DNA of 20,175 bases, taken from assembly GCF_006345805.1 (NCBI RefSeq), contig NW_021823982.1:1-20175 (forward strand), written 5' to 3'. A program made the position numbers and the translations under genes. The notes beneath the pieces are model-generated. The model saw only the letters and a list, made by a program, of their open reading frames with translations. It had not been told where the DNA came from and ran no database searches. Each line of letters opens with the position of its first letter. Within the stretch, counting starts at the first letter, position 1. Source of the DNA: Octopus sinensis (lineage: Eukaryota). Shown here piece after piece: positions 19,174-20,175 of the stretch.

Positions 19174-20175
19174 GGTTACATTAAACCAGGTAGTTTTATA
19201 CATCTACATAAACTTATAGTTGTTTGATGAAACAGGCCCTCCGCAGGAGCTAGGTCGCGGTGAGCGAAGCGAGCTGCCGAGCTAGTCGTTTATAAATAAA
19301 TTTAAACAAGACGGATGACATTTTCTGCAATCGAATTGGCATTACTATAAATTAAAATAAATGAGCCCAGTTTTGCGATTATCTCTGCAATTATATGAAT
19401 AAGATAATCCAGAGACATTTTGAGATATATTTTTATTAAAGATTGACGGTAAGGTGTTTTTATTTTCAAAATTCTTTTTTAATTCTAGAAAAAGTCTGGC
19501 TTTTTTCCAATTGAATTATTATGTTTTCGCTTTAATGTTCAATCAAACTAGACGGTTTCATTGCCTCATTCGAAAAAATTGTACCACATTGAAGACAAAG
19601 TAGTTTATTAGGATCTTGAGGATCTTTAATAAATCCAAGAGAAATATATTCATCTTTATACATTCTGACTTTTTTTTGAACACGACCCATAAAGATAACT
19701 AGAAATCACGCTTAGAAATTTAATAAAATATAATAAAAATATCATATTATTAATAAATATTATTAGACTCGATTATATATCTTTATTTTTTCAAAGATTA
19801 TCGACTTCTAACATAAGATTTTAATTTTTCAAATATTAGCAATCAGCCATCGCCCCCCTGGCAGAAAAAATCGCCCCCTACCAAAAAAAATCGCCCCTAG
19901 GGGGCGAATCGCCCACCGTTGAGAACCACTGGGATAGACGTTTTAAGCAAGACATCTATATTCAATTCAACATAACTTTCTTGGGTCCTGTGAAAGTGCT
20001 ACTACTATTGTAAGTCCTGACTCTTCGAAGTGACCAGGCGGTGGCACTCTACGCATCTCCTTCCCTTCTTCTCATCCTTCTCTGACTCTGTAGACCTCGA
20101 AAAGATGCATTCCTGCCACTCTTGCTAACTAAATATCATGAAGAATTGGATTGACGGGTATCAAGCGAGATACTT

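Larger units (their letters stand above)
16975..19285 (+). mobile_element. Non-autonomous Helitron nested in the hAT
   Basis: 5' TC (TCTTAATAATAAAA) and 3' CTAG, inserted between A and T with no TSD. GC-rich subterminal segment around GCGAAGC. Retains the helicase C-terminus. Removal restores hAT frame CLNLFINDILQKDSSNIMKTIP. Confidence 0.9.
14366..19690 (-). pseudogene. hAT/Buster (ZBED5-like) transposase in three pieces: 19690-19286, 16974-16344, 14751-14366
   Basis: BED finger RMYKDEYISLGF...CLQCGTIFSNEAMKPSSL, CNDTIRRRIDE, FSVQLDES, WMINPW, QEELIEL, FPTSYCVERGFS. The frame is continuous after removing each nested element; stops, frameshifts and an internal deletion remain. Confidence 0.9.
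14252..19931 (-). mobile_element. hAT transposon, Buster/Charlie family, carrying two nested elements
   Basis: TIRs CAGTGGTTCTCAAC / GTTGAGAACCACTG; perfect 8-bp TSD GGATAGAC (14244-14251, 19932-19939) of the nnnTAnnn type; TCGCCCC subterminal repeats at both ends. Confidence 0.95.

Noticed and set aside
19940-20175. Minus-strand coding-like remnant (RRCVECHRLV) continuing at 14243-14050 across the hAT
   Set aside because: Multiple stops and no recognisable family; too weak to call.

Overview
AT-rich eukaryotic nuclear DNA, almost certainly metazoan, not prokaryotic. Host genes are split by ultra-short (22-33 nt) GT-AG introns, which points to a dicyemid-like, highly reduced parasite (inference). 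Left end: a Tudor-SN/SND1 gene that appears to lack its third SN domain. Next come decayed or truncated host genes (squalene epoxidase, CPVL-like serine carboxypeptidase, COX11, one unidentified gene) mixed with dense transposons. The transposons are five 5'-truncated CRE-like non-LTR (RLE) retrotransposon insertions (six segments; one insertion has a twin-priming-type inversion), a Tc1 element with an intact DD34E transposase, a MITE, a pogo/Tigger element, and a 5.7-kb Buster-type hAT. The hAT carries a second Tc1 and a non-autonomous Helitron, which in turn holds a 12-copy ~94-bp tandem array. All gene and family calls come from manual translation and recalled motifs; no database search was run.
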